Positions 8,419-18,000 of a stretch of 64,000 nucleotides of DNA are shown piece by piece. The translations under genes and the position numbers were made by a program. The stretch is from positions 1-64,000 of IMG/VR virus record IMGVR_UViG_3300037467_000583. One strand, written 5' to 3'. Under the pieces are notes generated by a model that saw nothing but the letters and a program-made list of their open reading frames with translations, ran no database searches and was not told the origin of the DNA. Source of the DNA: a virus. Taxonomy: Duplodnaviria; Caudoviricetes. Numbering within the stretch: the stretch's first letter is position 1; the number at the start of each line of letters is the position of its first letter.

Positions 8419-11400
8419 ATGAGCCTTGAAGCTTCAAGTCTAACAATTGTCGTTAATTCGACAGGCATCGCTGATGCTACAAAAGCACTCAATGATCTTG
8501 CAACTGCTGGCGAGAAAGCTGAGAAGAATACATCCAATATTGGTAGCGGTGCACAAGCCTCTGCAAAAGCGCAAGTGGATGCTGCCCAACAAGCTGTACA
8601 AGGATTCAATGCACTTACAAGCAGTGTCAGGAATGCTACATCTGCGCAAGACGAAGCAGCTAAAATGGCTGCTAAAATCCGTGAGCAGATGGAAAAAATC
8701 GACATGATGTCGCAAGTGCAGAGGTGGAAAGATGCTGCAACAGCAGCGCGAGAAGAGGCTGCTGCACTGCGCCAAGCTCAAACCGCTGCCAATAGCATTA
8801 ACAGAGATGTAGATGCGTTTGTGGCGACATTGAAGCGTCAAGCTGACACAATGGGGATGACAACAAAAGAAATCCGAGATTATAACGCAGAGCAATTGCG
8901 CTCGCGTGCTGCCCAACTTGGAGTATCAGATCAAGTTGACGGATATATCAACAAGCTTAAAAACGCAAAAGGTGCCCATGAAGGATTGAGCCTTGCTACG
9001 GCGGGTACGTCTCGTGAGTTGTTGGTCTTGACTCACGAACTTGCTACAGGACAGCTTAATCGTTTTTACGGCTCCTTGCTTGTGTTGGGCGAGCGTGTCA
9101 ATGTAATGCCTGCAATTTGGAAGGCGTTGGGAAGTGCAGCAAGTGCGCTTGGTGTATCGTTCGGTGTGTTGCTCAGTGCCATCGTGGCTGTCGGTGTCGC
9201 ACTTGCTGCCGGTATTATGACGTACATGCACAGTGCTTCTGCTCTAAAAGATTTGAACAAAGAAGTTATTCTGACAGGGAACTCTGCTGGGGCAACAGGA
9301 GATGCACTGTACACGATGGCAAATCGTATTGGCTCTGCCTACGGGGAATTCGGCAAGGCTCGTGAGGCTGTTATCGCTGTTGCTTCCACAGGCAAGTTTA
9401 CTGCTGATCAAATTAATCTAATTGCCGAAGCTGCTGTTGGCATGGAGAAGTACGCAGGTGTGTCTATTGAAAAGACAGCAGCGGCTTTTGAGAAGTTGGC
9501 TGGCAATCCTTTGAAGATTACAGACAAAGGTTTCAAAGATGTGTCTAACGCTGCCATGCAGCTTGACGAACAAATGCACTTCCTTGAGCCGTCTGTGCTC
9601 GCACACATTATTCAACTTGAACGTCAAGGCGAACATGCACAAGCATCTCGCGTTGCCATTGCCGCATTGGCGGAAGAGGAGAAGAAGCGTGCTGAGGAAT
9701 TGAAGTCTCAGCTTACATCATTAGGCTCGCTTCTAGACACTATGGGACAGAAGGCATCCAACTTCTGGAACAACCTGTTGCACAAAGGAAGTTTGACAGA
9801 CCAACTTAAAGAGACGCAAGAGCACCTTGCCCGTCTTGAGAGTTTCGGCAAAGGTGACAATGACTTTGGTGTGCGCGAGGACAAGGCCAAGATTAAAGAG
9901 CTTCAAAATGCAATTCTTCAGGGCGAATATGACGCTGCGGATAAGGCGCACAATAAGACAATGGATCGCCTTGCTAACGAACAGCAAGTCTATCTACGTA
10001 ACTTGATGGAACGTTCCAAAGGCGAAGAAAATCTTCAGCAACGTCTTGCTCGTTTTGATAACGTCATCGCTCAGCAACGTGAGAAAGCTAAGAATGATCC
10101 AGCGTATGCTGCGATGATGCAAGGTGTATTGTCGGATGCGAGTGTCGAAATGATGCGTAAACAGGTTGAACGGGACAGTATTAAAGCTGCACCGAAGCCT
10201 AAGCAGGAAGGTCTTGCGGGTTTGAACGCAAAGATTGCAGAAATCAATGCTGAATATGAAATTGATAAGCGCTATTATGACAATCAACTGAAGTTCATCA
10301 ACGATCTGCAACAAAAGAAGCTGATTTCTAATTCGGCAGCCGAGCATGCTAAAGCAGAGTTCCTTGAAAACGAATCGAAGCTTGAAGAAAATTCGCTGAA
10401 TGCTCAGTTGAAGTTGGTCGACTCCTTCTATTCCAAAGATACAAAACTTATGGAAGAGGCTGCAACTAAGCGAAATGAAATCAAGAAGCGTCTTGAGCGC
10501 AATCAAGCTGACACAGCAACTCGTAAAGTTATTGCAGAAACTGACCCCGCTGCTCGTCAGCAAAAAGAGCAAGATGATGCTGATGCTAAAACTGTGCAGT
10601 TTGTCACGCAAGTGAATTCTCAGACGCAGGCTCTGCAAGCCAAGATTGACGCATACAACCGCTTGCCTGACGCTGCTCGTGATGCAATCACTAACGAGAA
10701 GCAGATGCAAGATGAATTCACCAAAGCAGAGATCGATTGGAAACAACAACAGATCGATGCTATCACTGCAATGGGTGAAGGTAGTGCTGAAGAGGTGATT
10801 CGTCTCACAGCAGAAAAGAAAGCCCTTGAAGATCGTGCTAAGGCACAAGAAGCTTGGGAACAGGTGCAAGCGAAAATTAACGCTAACGCTGGACGTTCTG
10901 CTGCACTCACGAAAGTAGCCACAGAACAAATCCGTATGTGGAAAGACATCGGTAGCGAAATCGAGAAGTCGTTGAAGAATGCCTTTGGTGCATCGGGGGA
11001 AGCTGCTGGCAAGATGTTCAAAGCGTTTGCAGAAGGTCAGGCTGATGCAATTAGCCTTACAGACAAGGCTCGCGTGATTAGCGAGAACAAGTCTCTCAGT
11101 GAAACCGAAAAGGAAAAGCAACTTAACGACATTCGTCTGCAAGGTGCTCAAAACCAACTCGGCATGTATGGTGACATGGCTAATGCAGCAAGCGGATTCT
11201 TTGAGAAAGGTTCTACAGGCTATCAAGCAATGGCTAAAGCCGCACAAGTGTTGCACACTGCTGAAGTGGCACTGTCTCTCATCAAAGGCGTGAACGCTAT
11301 CCTGACGCAAGGTGAAGGTGATCCGTACACAGCATTTGCTCGTATGGCTGCAATGACAGCCCTTGTGGCTGGCCTTGGTGTGGCTGTGACAGGCGGGGGC

Positions 11401-13533
11401 GGTGGTGGTCCCATGTCTTCCGACCTGCAACAAAAATCTCAAGGCACGGGCACAGTGTTAGGTGCTCCCACAATCCTTGACGGTGTTGATGTCAAGCTTG
11501 TTGGCCAAAAGTCTGACTCAATTGCCAACTCCTTGAAAATCGCTGAGAAGAATTCTGGACTTGGTCTTATTGTGCAAAATGACATGCTGGATGCTTTGCG
11601 TAAGTTGGACAACAGTATTTCCGCTTTCGCAACGTTGATTGCCAGGGACTCCAACCTCACAGGCTATACGGCAAATTCTTCTGTATCTGGATTGGCATCT
11701 GCAATTGGCGGTATTCCTGTGGTTGGCGGCATCTTAGGGAAAATTGCGACATCGATCTTTGGTGGAAAGACTACAGTTGACGATACGGGCCTTAAGGTCA
11801 ATTCTGCAAACTTAGGTCAAATTGCTCAAAGTGGTTTGTCTGCTGGACAATATACAAACACTACGACAAGTGGTGGATGGTTCAGAAGCGATAGACACAA
11901 TACTGATGTTACGTCACTCGGCACAGATTTCAATAGCCAAATCACTCAGGTTGTGTTGAGCATGGAAGACACGCTCAAAACTGCTGCTGTTGGTCTTGGT
12001 ATTGGTGGCGACGAGTTTGACAAGAAGCTGCAAAGTTTTGTTGTTGACATTGGTAATATCAGCTTGAAAGGGATGACCGGCGACGAGATTCAAAAGACTC
12101 TTCAGAATGTATTCTCCAAGCTTGGCGATCAAATGGCGCAATTCGCGTTCTCCGACCTTCAGAAGTATCAAAAGATTGGTGAAGGGTTGATGGAAACTGT
12201 GGTGCGTGTTGCGAATGACTTGCAACAGGTTAAAGATGTGTTTGATTCGCTCAGCAAAACAATTCCAAAAGCAGTAGATGCAATCTCCACATCTGAAGCT
12301 TTGATCGAACAATTTGGTTCTGTTGACAATCTGACAAAAGGTGTTAAGTCCTACATTAACGCAATCTACACAGATCAAGAAAAGCTTATGCCGATCATCA
12401 AGTCTGTGTCTACTGCTATGGATGGCCTTGGGTTGTCTTACGTCAAAACTAAAGAGCAATTCAAGCAAGTTGTGGATAGCCTTGATTTGACGACAGAAGC
12501 TGGTGCGAAAATGTTTGCCACGTTGATGAACATTGCCCCCGCATTCGCACAAACAATCGATGACACTGAGAAGCTTGCAAATGATGCTCGCAGTGCTCTG
12601 ACCGATGCATATAAACGCGAGTCTGATGCGATTAAAGAAACGCAAGACAAGATGAAGAGTCTTGTGACTACGTTGAAGCAGTTGTCTTCTTCTAGCCTGC
12701 TTGGCGATCTTTCTCCGCTCACTCCTCAGCAGAAGTATCTTGAAGCTAAATCTCAATTTGAGACTGTTGCTGAAAAAGCTCAGAACGGTGATAAAGATGC
12801 ACAAGACCAGTTTGAAGCGTCCTACACAGCATTCCTTGAAGCATCTAAAGTAGCTAATGCCTCTGGCGCACAATATCAAAAAGACTTTGTGTACGCGCAG
12901 AAGGTGACACAACAAGCAACTGAATGGGCTCAGAAACAAGTGAATGTTGCTCAAGCCACGTTAGATGCTTTGAACAAGCAAGTGGAAGGTTTGATTGATG
13001 TTAATGATAGCCTGCTCACTGTTTCTCAAGCTATCGCCAATCTCATCACTGCACTCAAGGGTACTCCGAAAGGTGATCAAGTGGCGAATCAAGCGGCAAG
13101 CAATGCACAGTCTGCAATTGAGAAGTTGTACAACGACATCCTTCATCGTGCTTCTGACGCAGCAGGTATGCAATTCTGGCTGGATAAAATTAGCCAAGGC
13201 GTCTCGCTGACAGATATTGCAAATGCCATTGCTAATAGCCCTGAAGCTAAGGGTGAAATTAAGCCGATTGGAAGCACTGGGAGCACTCAGGCAATAACTC
13301 CTGTGACAGCAACCGTTTCGACAGGTACGCAATCCGTTGTGCATGCCGATGTTGTTGCAGCTATTAACGACTTGAAAGCCACTGTCGCAGAGTCTAATCA
13401 AGCTACGACCAACACGCTTGTGGGGGCTGTGTATGATTCTCAAGACAATGCTGCTAACAAGATTGTGAGTGGAACTACAACTGCAATTGCAGCAACTAAA
13501 GTTGGAACATCTTATAAAATTGTAGAGAGGTAA
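8419..13533 (+). CDS. Tail tape measure protein
   Basis: 1704 aa, Ala/Gln/Lys-rich helical; lambda-type segment RELLVLTHELATG; follows the G/GT chaperones. Confidence 0.9.
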   Translation: MSLEASSLTIVVNSTGIADATKALNDLATAGEKAEKNTSNIGSGAQASAKAQVDAAQQAVQGFNALTSSVRNATSAQDEAAKMAAKIREQMEKIDMMSQVQRWKDAATAAREEAAALRQAQTAANSINRDVDAFVATLKRQADTMGMTTKEIRDYNAEQLRSRAAQLGVSDQVDGYINKLKNAKGAHEGLSLATAGTSRELLVLTHELATGQLNRFYGSLLVLGERVNVMPAIWKALGSAASALGVSFGVLLSAIVAVGVALAAGIMTYMHSASALKDLNKEVILTGNSAGATGDALYTMANRIGSAYGEFGKAREAVIAVASTGKFTADQINLIAEAAVGMEKYAGVSIEKTAAAFEKLAGNPLKITDKGFKDVSNAAMQLDEQMHFLEPSVLAHIIQLERQGEHAQASRVAIAALAEEEKKRAEELKSQLTSLGSLLDTMGQKASNFWNNLLHKGSLTDQLKETQEHLARLESFGKGDNDFGVREDKAKIKELQNAILQGEYDAADKAHNKTMDRLANEQQVYLRNLMERSKGEENLQQRLARFDNVIAQQREKAKNDPAYAAMMQGVLSDASVEMMRKQVERDSIKAAPKPKQEGLAGLNAKIAEINAEYEIDKRYYDNQLKFINDLQQKKLISNSAAEHAKAEFLENESKLEENSLNAQLKLVDSFYSKDTKLMEEAATKRNEIKKRLERNQADTATRKVIAETDPAARQQKEQDDADAKTVQFVTQVNSQTQALQAKIDAYNRLPDAARDAITNEKQMQDEFTKAEIDWKQQQIDAITAMGEGSAEEVIRLTAEKKALEDRAKAQEAWEQVQAKINANAGRSAALTKVATEQIRMWKDIGSEIEKSLKNAFGASGEAAGKMFKAFAEGQADAISLTDKARVISENKSLSETEKEKQLNDIRLQGAQNQLGMYGDMANAASGFFEKGSTGYQAMAKAAQVLHTAEVALSLIKGVNAILTQGEGDPYTAFARMAAMTALVAGLGVAVTGGGGGGPMSSDLQQKSQGTGTVLGAPTILDGVDVKLVGQKSDSIANSLKIAEKNSGLGLIVQNDMLDALRKLDNSISAFATLIARDSNLTGYTANSSVSGLASAIGGIPVVGGILGKIATSIFGGKTTVDDTGLKVNSANLGQIAQSGLSAGQYTNTTTSGGWFRSDRHNTDVTSLGTDFNSQITQVVLSMEDTLKTAAVGLGIGGDEFDKKLQSFVVDIGNISLKGMTGDEIQKTLQNVFSKLGDQMAQFAFSDLQKYQKIGEGLMETVVRVANDLQQVKDVFDSLSKTIPKAVDAISTSEALIEQFGSVDNLTKGVKSYINAIYTDQEKLMPIIKSVSTAMDGLGLSYVKTKEQFKQVVDSLDLTTEAGAKMFATLMNIAPAFAQTIDDTEKLANDARSALTDAYKRESDAIKETQDKMKSLVTTLKQLSSSSLLGDLSPLTPQQKYLEAKSQFETVAEKAQNGDKDAQDQFEASYTAFLEASKVANASGAQYQKDFVYAQKVTQQATEWAQKQVNVAQATLDALNKQVEGLIDVNDSLLTVSQAIANLITALKGTPKGDQVANQAASNAQSAIEKLYNDILHRASDAAGMQFWLDKISQGVSLTDIANAIANSPEAKGEIKPIGSTGSTQAITPVTATVSTGTQSVVHADVVAAINDLKATVAESNQATTNTLVGAVYDSQDNAANKIVSGTTTAIAATKVGTSYKIVER

Positions 13534-13534
13534 T

Positions 13535-15013
13535 ATGATTGATTTTGCGGCATGGCTTAAAAATCCTGCCGCTCCTCGTATTGTGTTGGTTGAGGTGAAT
13601 GTGAAGAGTGGCGGGGTGGAAACAACTCGCTACCTTTCAACGGGGGCTTATGTTACGGCCCCCACAGACACCCCTGCTAACCAGCAATATCTTCCTGTAC
13701 TGACATCCGGTTTGCAATACACAGAAAAACTGGATGTTGAGGGGACAGGCGGATTGTCTGGTGGTGATCTTGAGATTGCTAACAATAACGGCGAGCGAGA
13801 TAGTTGGCTTAATGATGTGTGGGATAATCGTTCTATTGTTGCTTGGATTGGCGATCCTAGTTGGCAGCGTTCGGACTTTCAGATGATCTTCAATGGCATT
13901 GTTGCCACTATCGACAGCAAGGACGAGAAGACCCTTACACTTACGATTCTCGACAAGCTTCAACGGTTGAACACTCCAGCTACAGAGCAAAAGATTGGAG
14001 ATGTCAATACAACCAATCCAACAAATAAAGATAACCTGTTTAAGTTGGCTTTTGGTGAGGTTCACAACGTTACACCAGAACTGTTAGACGCCACTCAGCT
14101 TAAGTATCAAGTGCATAATGGTCCAATCGAAGATATTATCGAAGTGCGGGACAATGGCATTCCTATCGCAATTACTAAGAGCTTATCTGACGGCACGTTC
14201 ACTTTGTCCCACTCGTCTGCCGGGGTAATTACCGCATCTGTTCAAGGGGATAAGAACACAACCTACGTAAACACTATCGCTGGTGTTATCCGACGGATGG
14301 CAACCAACTTTGGCACAGCTCCCTCCCGTTACACTGACTCCGACATCGATCTTACAAACTTTTCAGCGTTCGATACAGCGTGCCCGCAACCTGTGGGGGT
14401 GTTCTTGGAGAGTGGAGATAATGTGCTGACCACTTGCCAAGAATTAGCTAAAAGTGTCGATGCTCGTTTGGTTACATCACGTTCTGGCTTGCTTCGCCTT
14501 ATTCAAGTGAATATCAACGGGACAGGCACTCCTGTAAGAATTGATACGACTCAGATTATTGTGGGTAGCCTTAAAATCAGCAGCAGACCTCTTGTACAAG
14601 CATCGATTAAGCTAGGATTTGACAAAAACTACACTGTGCAGGATAATCTACTTACGAGCATTCCAGATGAGCATAAGAAGCTTTTCGCACAAGAATGGCT
14701 AACAACAACATCGACAAATGCAACGGCCAAAGCTGACTACAAGCTTAACGCAGCACCGCCGCAAGTTGACACCATGCTCTTGCGTAGGGTAGATGCAGCG
14801 GCGGAAGCTGATAGACGTGTAACTTTGTGGAGCACTCCTCGGAACGTGTTTCAGTTTACAGGAACGTCCGATTTAATCAACTCTTTGACATTAGGCTGTG
14901 CAGTCACTTTGGTGCATCCTCGGTATGGCCTGTCAAACGGCAAAAATGGCGTGGTGGTGTCTCTAAGTCCCAATTGGTTCAATGGCACTATCATGGTGGA
15001 AGTTTTAATTTAA
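13535..15013 (+). CDS. Tail tip/baseplate hub-like protein
   Basis: 492 aa directly after the tape measure; FGEVHNVTP, IEVRDNG, YTVQ motifs of siphophage tip proteins. Confidence 0.6.
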   Translation: MIDFAAWLKNPAAPRIVLVEVNVKSGGVETTRYLSTGAYVTAPTDTPANQQYLPVLTSGLQYTEKLDVEGTGGLSGGDLEIANNNGERDSWLNDVWDNRSIVAWIGDPSWQRSDFQMIFNGIVATIDSKDEKTLTLTILDKLQRLNTPATEQKIGDVNTTNPTNKDNLFKLAFGEVHNVTPELLDATQLKYQVHNGPIEDIIEVRDNGIPIAITKSLSDGTFTLSHSSAGVITASVQGDKNTTYVNTIAGVIRRMATNFGTAPSRYTDSDIDLTNFSAFDTACPQPVGVFLESGDNVLTTCQELAKSVDARLVTSRSGLLRLIQVNINGTGTPVRIDTTQIIVGSLKISSRPLVQASIKLGFDKNYTVQDNLLTSIPDEHKKLFAQEWLTTTSTNATAKADYKLNAAPPQVDTMLLRRVDAAAEADRRVTLWSTPRNVFQFTGTSDLINSLTLGCAVTLVHPRYGLSNGKNGVVVSLSPNWFNGTIMVEVLI

Positions 15014-15022
15014 AGGAAAACA

Positions 15023-18000
15023 ATGGCAACAGTAATGAATGATAGGGATGTACTTTTGTTGGGGATAACTCAACGAGACGTAAATTCTCAAGATGCAACA
15101 ATTCTAATTACGAGTGATTCTCCTACATTCCACGTAAGTGCAACTGGGACAACCACTCCCTCCTACATTACTGTTACCGCCCACCTCCTCAACATTATTG
15201 GTACAGCTTCGTTCACCGCCGCTGGTGCAACTATTACAGATAATGGAGATAACACTGCCACTATAGCGTACAACGGCATGTCGGGGAGCAGCGCTGTTAT
15301 TACTGCAAGTGTAACACGAAATGGTTCTACGTACAATGCTAGCACAACTCTTACTAAAGTTGTAGACGGCTCTGCGGGCCAAGCTGGCTCGTCTGCTGCT
15401 TGGGTTGAAATCTCCACGTTTGGTGGACAAGTGTTTAGCCGCCCAACTGCAACATCTGCATTCACTCCCACATCTATTGTGCTGAATGCAACACCGTACG
15501 GTAATAACGCGACATCATTCCAGTGGCAATATTGGAACGGTACTACTTGGACGAACATCAGCGGAGCCACTTCCGCGACATATGAGGTGGCATCTGGTGA
15601 CTTTACATCGTCGCGTAATTATCGTGTACAGGCGACGATTAACGGCAGCGTCTATGTAGATGAAATGACGCTTGTGCAAGTGACAGGTGGTACAAATTCT
15701 GTTAGTGGCTTCTTGACCAATCAATCTATCACACTTGCAGCAGCAACTGATGGCACCGTAGGTAGCTATGCATCTGCTACAGGTACGTTCAAAGTGTATG
15801 ATGGTATTACTGATAAGACTGGCGCAAGCGTAACTTACTCTGTTGCCTCACAAAACAATTGTACGATTACTATTAATACCTCGGGTGTATATAGCATCAC
15901 AGCAATGTCAGCAGATACAGCGAGTGCTGTTCTGCAAGCAGTTTATAACGGAGTTACGATTCCGCTCACAGTGACTCTTGCTAAGTCTAAGACAGGTGCA
16001 GCAGGCACGCCAGCTAATCAATACGCTACGGCTTTCTTGTATCAATGGGCGGCAACTGTTCCAGCAAATCCGACAGGGACATCTAATTATAACTGGTCAA
16101 CTGGCGCGAACACGGGATACGTGACAGGCGATGGTTGGAGCACAACTGTTCCTACGAATCCGGGCACTGCTAATCTCAGCTTGTTTGTGGCTATTGCACA
16201 GATTGTGGCTTCCTCTGGGACCACTTCAAGTTCTGTGAGTTATTCAAGTGCCACTGTTCAAGCATGGACCAAGAACGGTGCTACTGGCCCCCAAGGTGCT
16301 AGCGGTGTTCAGAGTGCCACTGCCACAGTCTATCAATGGGCTGCAAGTATTCCTGCAAGTCCTTCCGGCACGGCTACATACACTTGGAGTGGTGGGGCTA
16401 TCAGTTCCATCCCCTCTGGTTGGTCCACAACAGCAGGAACATCCCCCACGCCGGGAATGACGCTTTGGGCCGCTAAAGTTTATCTTACAGATGCTGCCAC
16501 AGTAACACAAACAAGTTTCAACTGGACATCTTCTTCTGTTTCATCTGTGGGTTACGCAGGAAGCAATGGTAGCACAGGACAACAAGGGGCCTCGTACGTC
16601 ACTGCTTACTGTGCTTCGTCTACCGCTACAACTACAACAACCCCTGCACAAACAACTGGCAAGACAAGCCTTCCTGCTACGAACGATGGCGGCATTACAG
16701 GGACGTGGAGCAGCACTGTCCCGACCTTGACATCTGGACAGTATTTGTACCAGTCTGACGGTATTTATGACCCCACTACAAACAAAGTAACGTGGTCGAT
16801 TCCATACTGGTCTTCGTTGAAAGTGGGAAGCCTTAATGCCGTTGCGACGAACACGGGCAACCTTACTGTAAGTGGAACAATCAGTTCTGCAAATGGTAAT
16901 TTCTCTGTTGACTCTGGCGGCGGTGTAACAATGAAATCCGCCACAATTCAAGATGGTAGCGGAAATATTATTCTGCAAGCAGGTGTGGCCCTTAGTGCAC
17001 AGACAGGTCAAGTCAGTACAGCTATTAATTCTGCTGCTACTACTGCTACGTGGACCGGGGTTACTGGCACCGGCAAACCCGCCGACAACGCTTCGTCCGA
17101 CCTCGTGCTGATCGGTCGGGGGGTTACGGTGACAGGTAACAGCGCTGCCAAGAATGTTGCCGATGGTTGGAGTAACGCCGACGTGTACTCGGTCGACAGC
17201 TTCACTGGTGGCGCATATGCTTCTGCTGTGGCGGGGGAGGCCAGCACCAGCCTGATGTTCGGCTTGAACAGCGACCCCACATCTGACAGCAGCTACGCCA
17301 GCATCGACTACGCGATATACCTGGCTGCTGGCACCCTTGCCGTCTACGAGAGCGGAGTGAACAAAGCTCCTAGCTTGGGAGCCTATGCCGCTGGCGACGT
17401 GTTCGCAGTTGTGTATGACGGGTCTTCGGTCAAATACCTGAAAAATGGGGTTGTGGTCTACACGTCCACTTCCGCCAACGCCTCGGTCCCGAACCAGACT
17501 CTGTTCTTCGACAGCTCCCTCAACTCGTCGAATGCCACCCTGAAGAATATACGTTTCGGACCGCTGTCCTCCAACAACTGGGCCAACATCGGAAATCGAC
17601 CCGCTGACGACCAGATCAAGAACAACCTGACCGACCTGTCGTGGTGGGCCAAAGGAGCGACCATTCCATGGACCCTGAACGACGAAACCAACGCAATTGT
17701 GGACGCTATGGGGGATATTGGTGTCCTCGGTCCGAAGGGGGTTAACGAGTCTGTGTGGCTGGCAACAGAAACTGCTAACAATGGCGGCAGTGGTGGGGGA
17801 TGGAACTTAGCGCCCTTGGTGCTTGACCCGACCAAGACCTATCGCTTTGTGATCCCGATTCGCAAGCTGTCCGGCTCGGCCACGGCCTATTGGGGCATCA
17901 ACGAGGGTACGACTTGCACCTTGAATACGACGACGGCTGTGAGTAACCCGTATTTCGCCAACATGTCTATTTCCACGACGGACCGGTGGTATCTGTTCGT

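Noticed and set aside
9994-12954. Long antisense ORFs (482 aa, 346 aa and others) opposite the tape measure
   Set aside because: Shadow frames of a strongly biased coding gene; no SD, no recognisable motifs.
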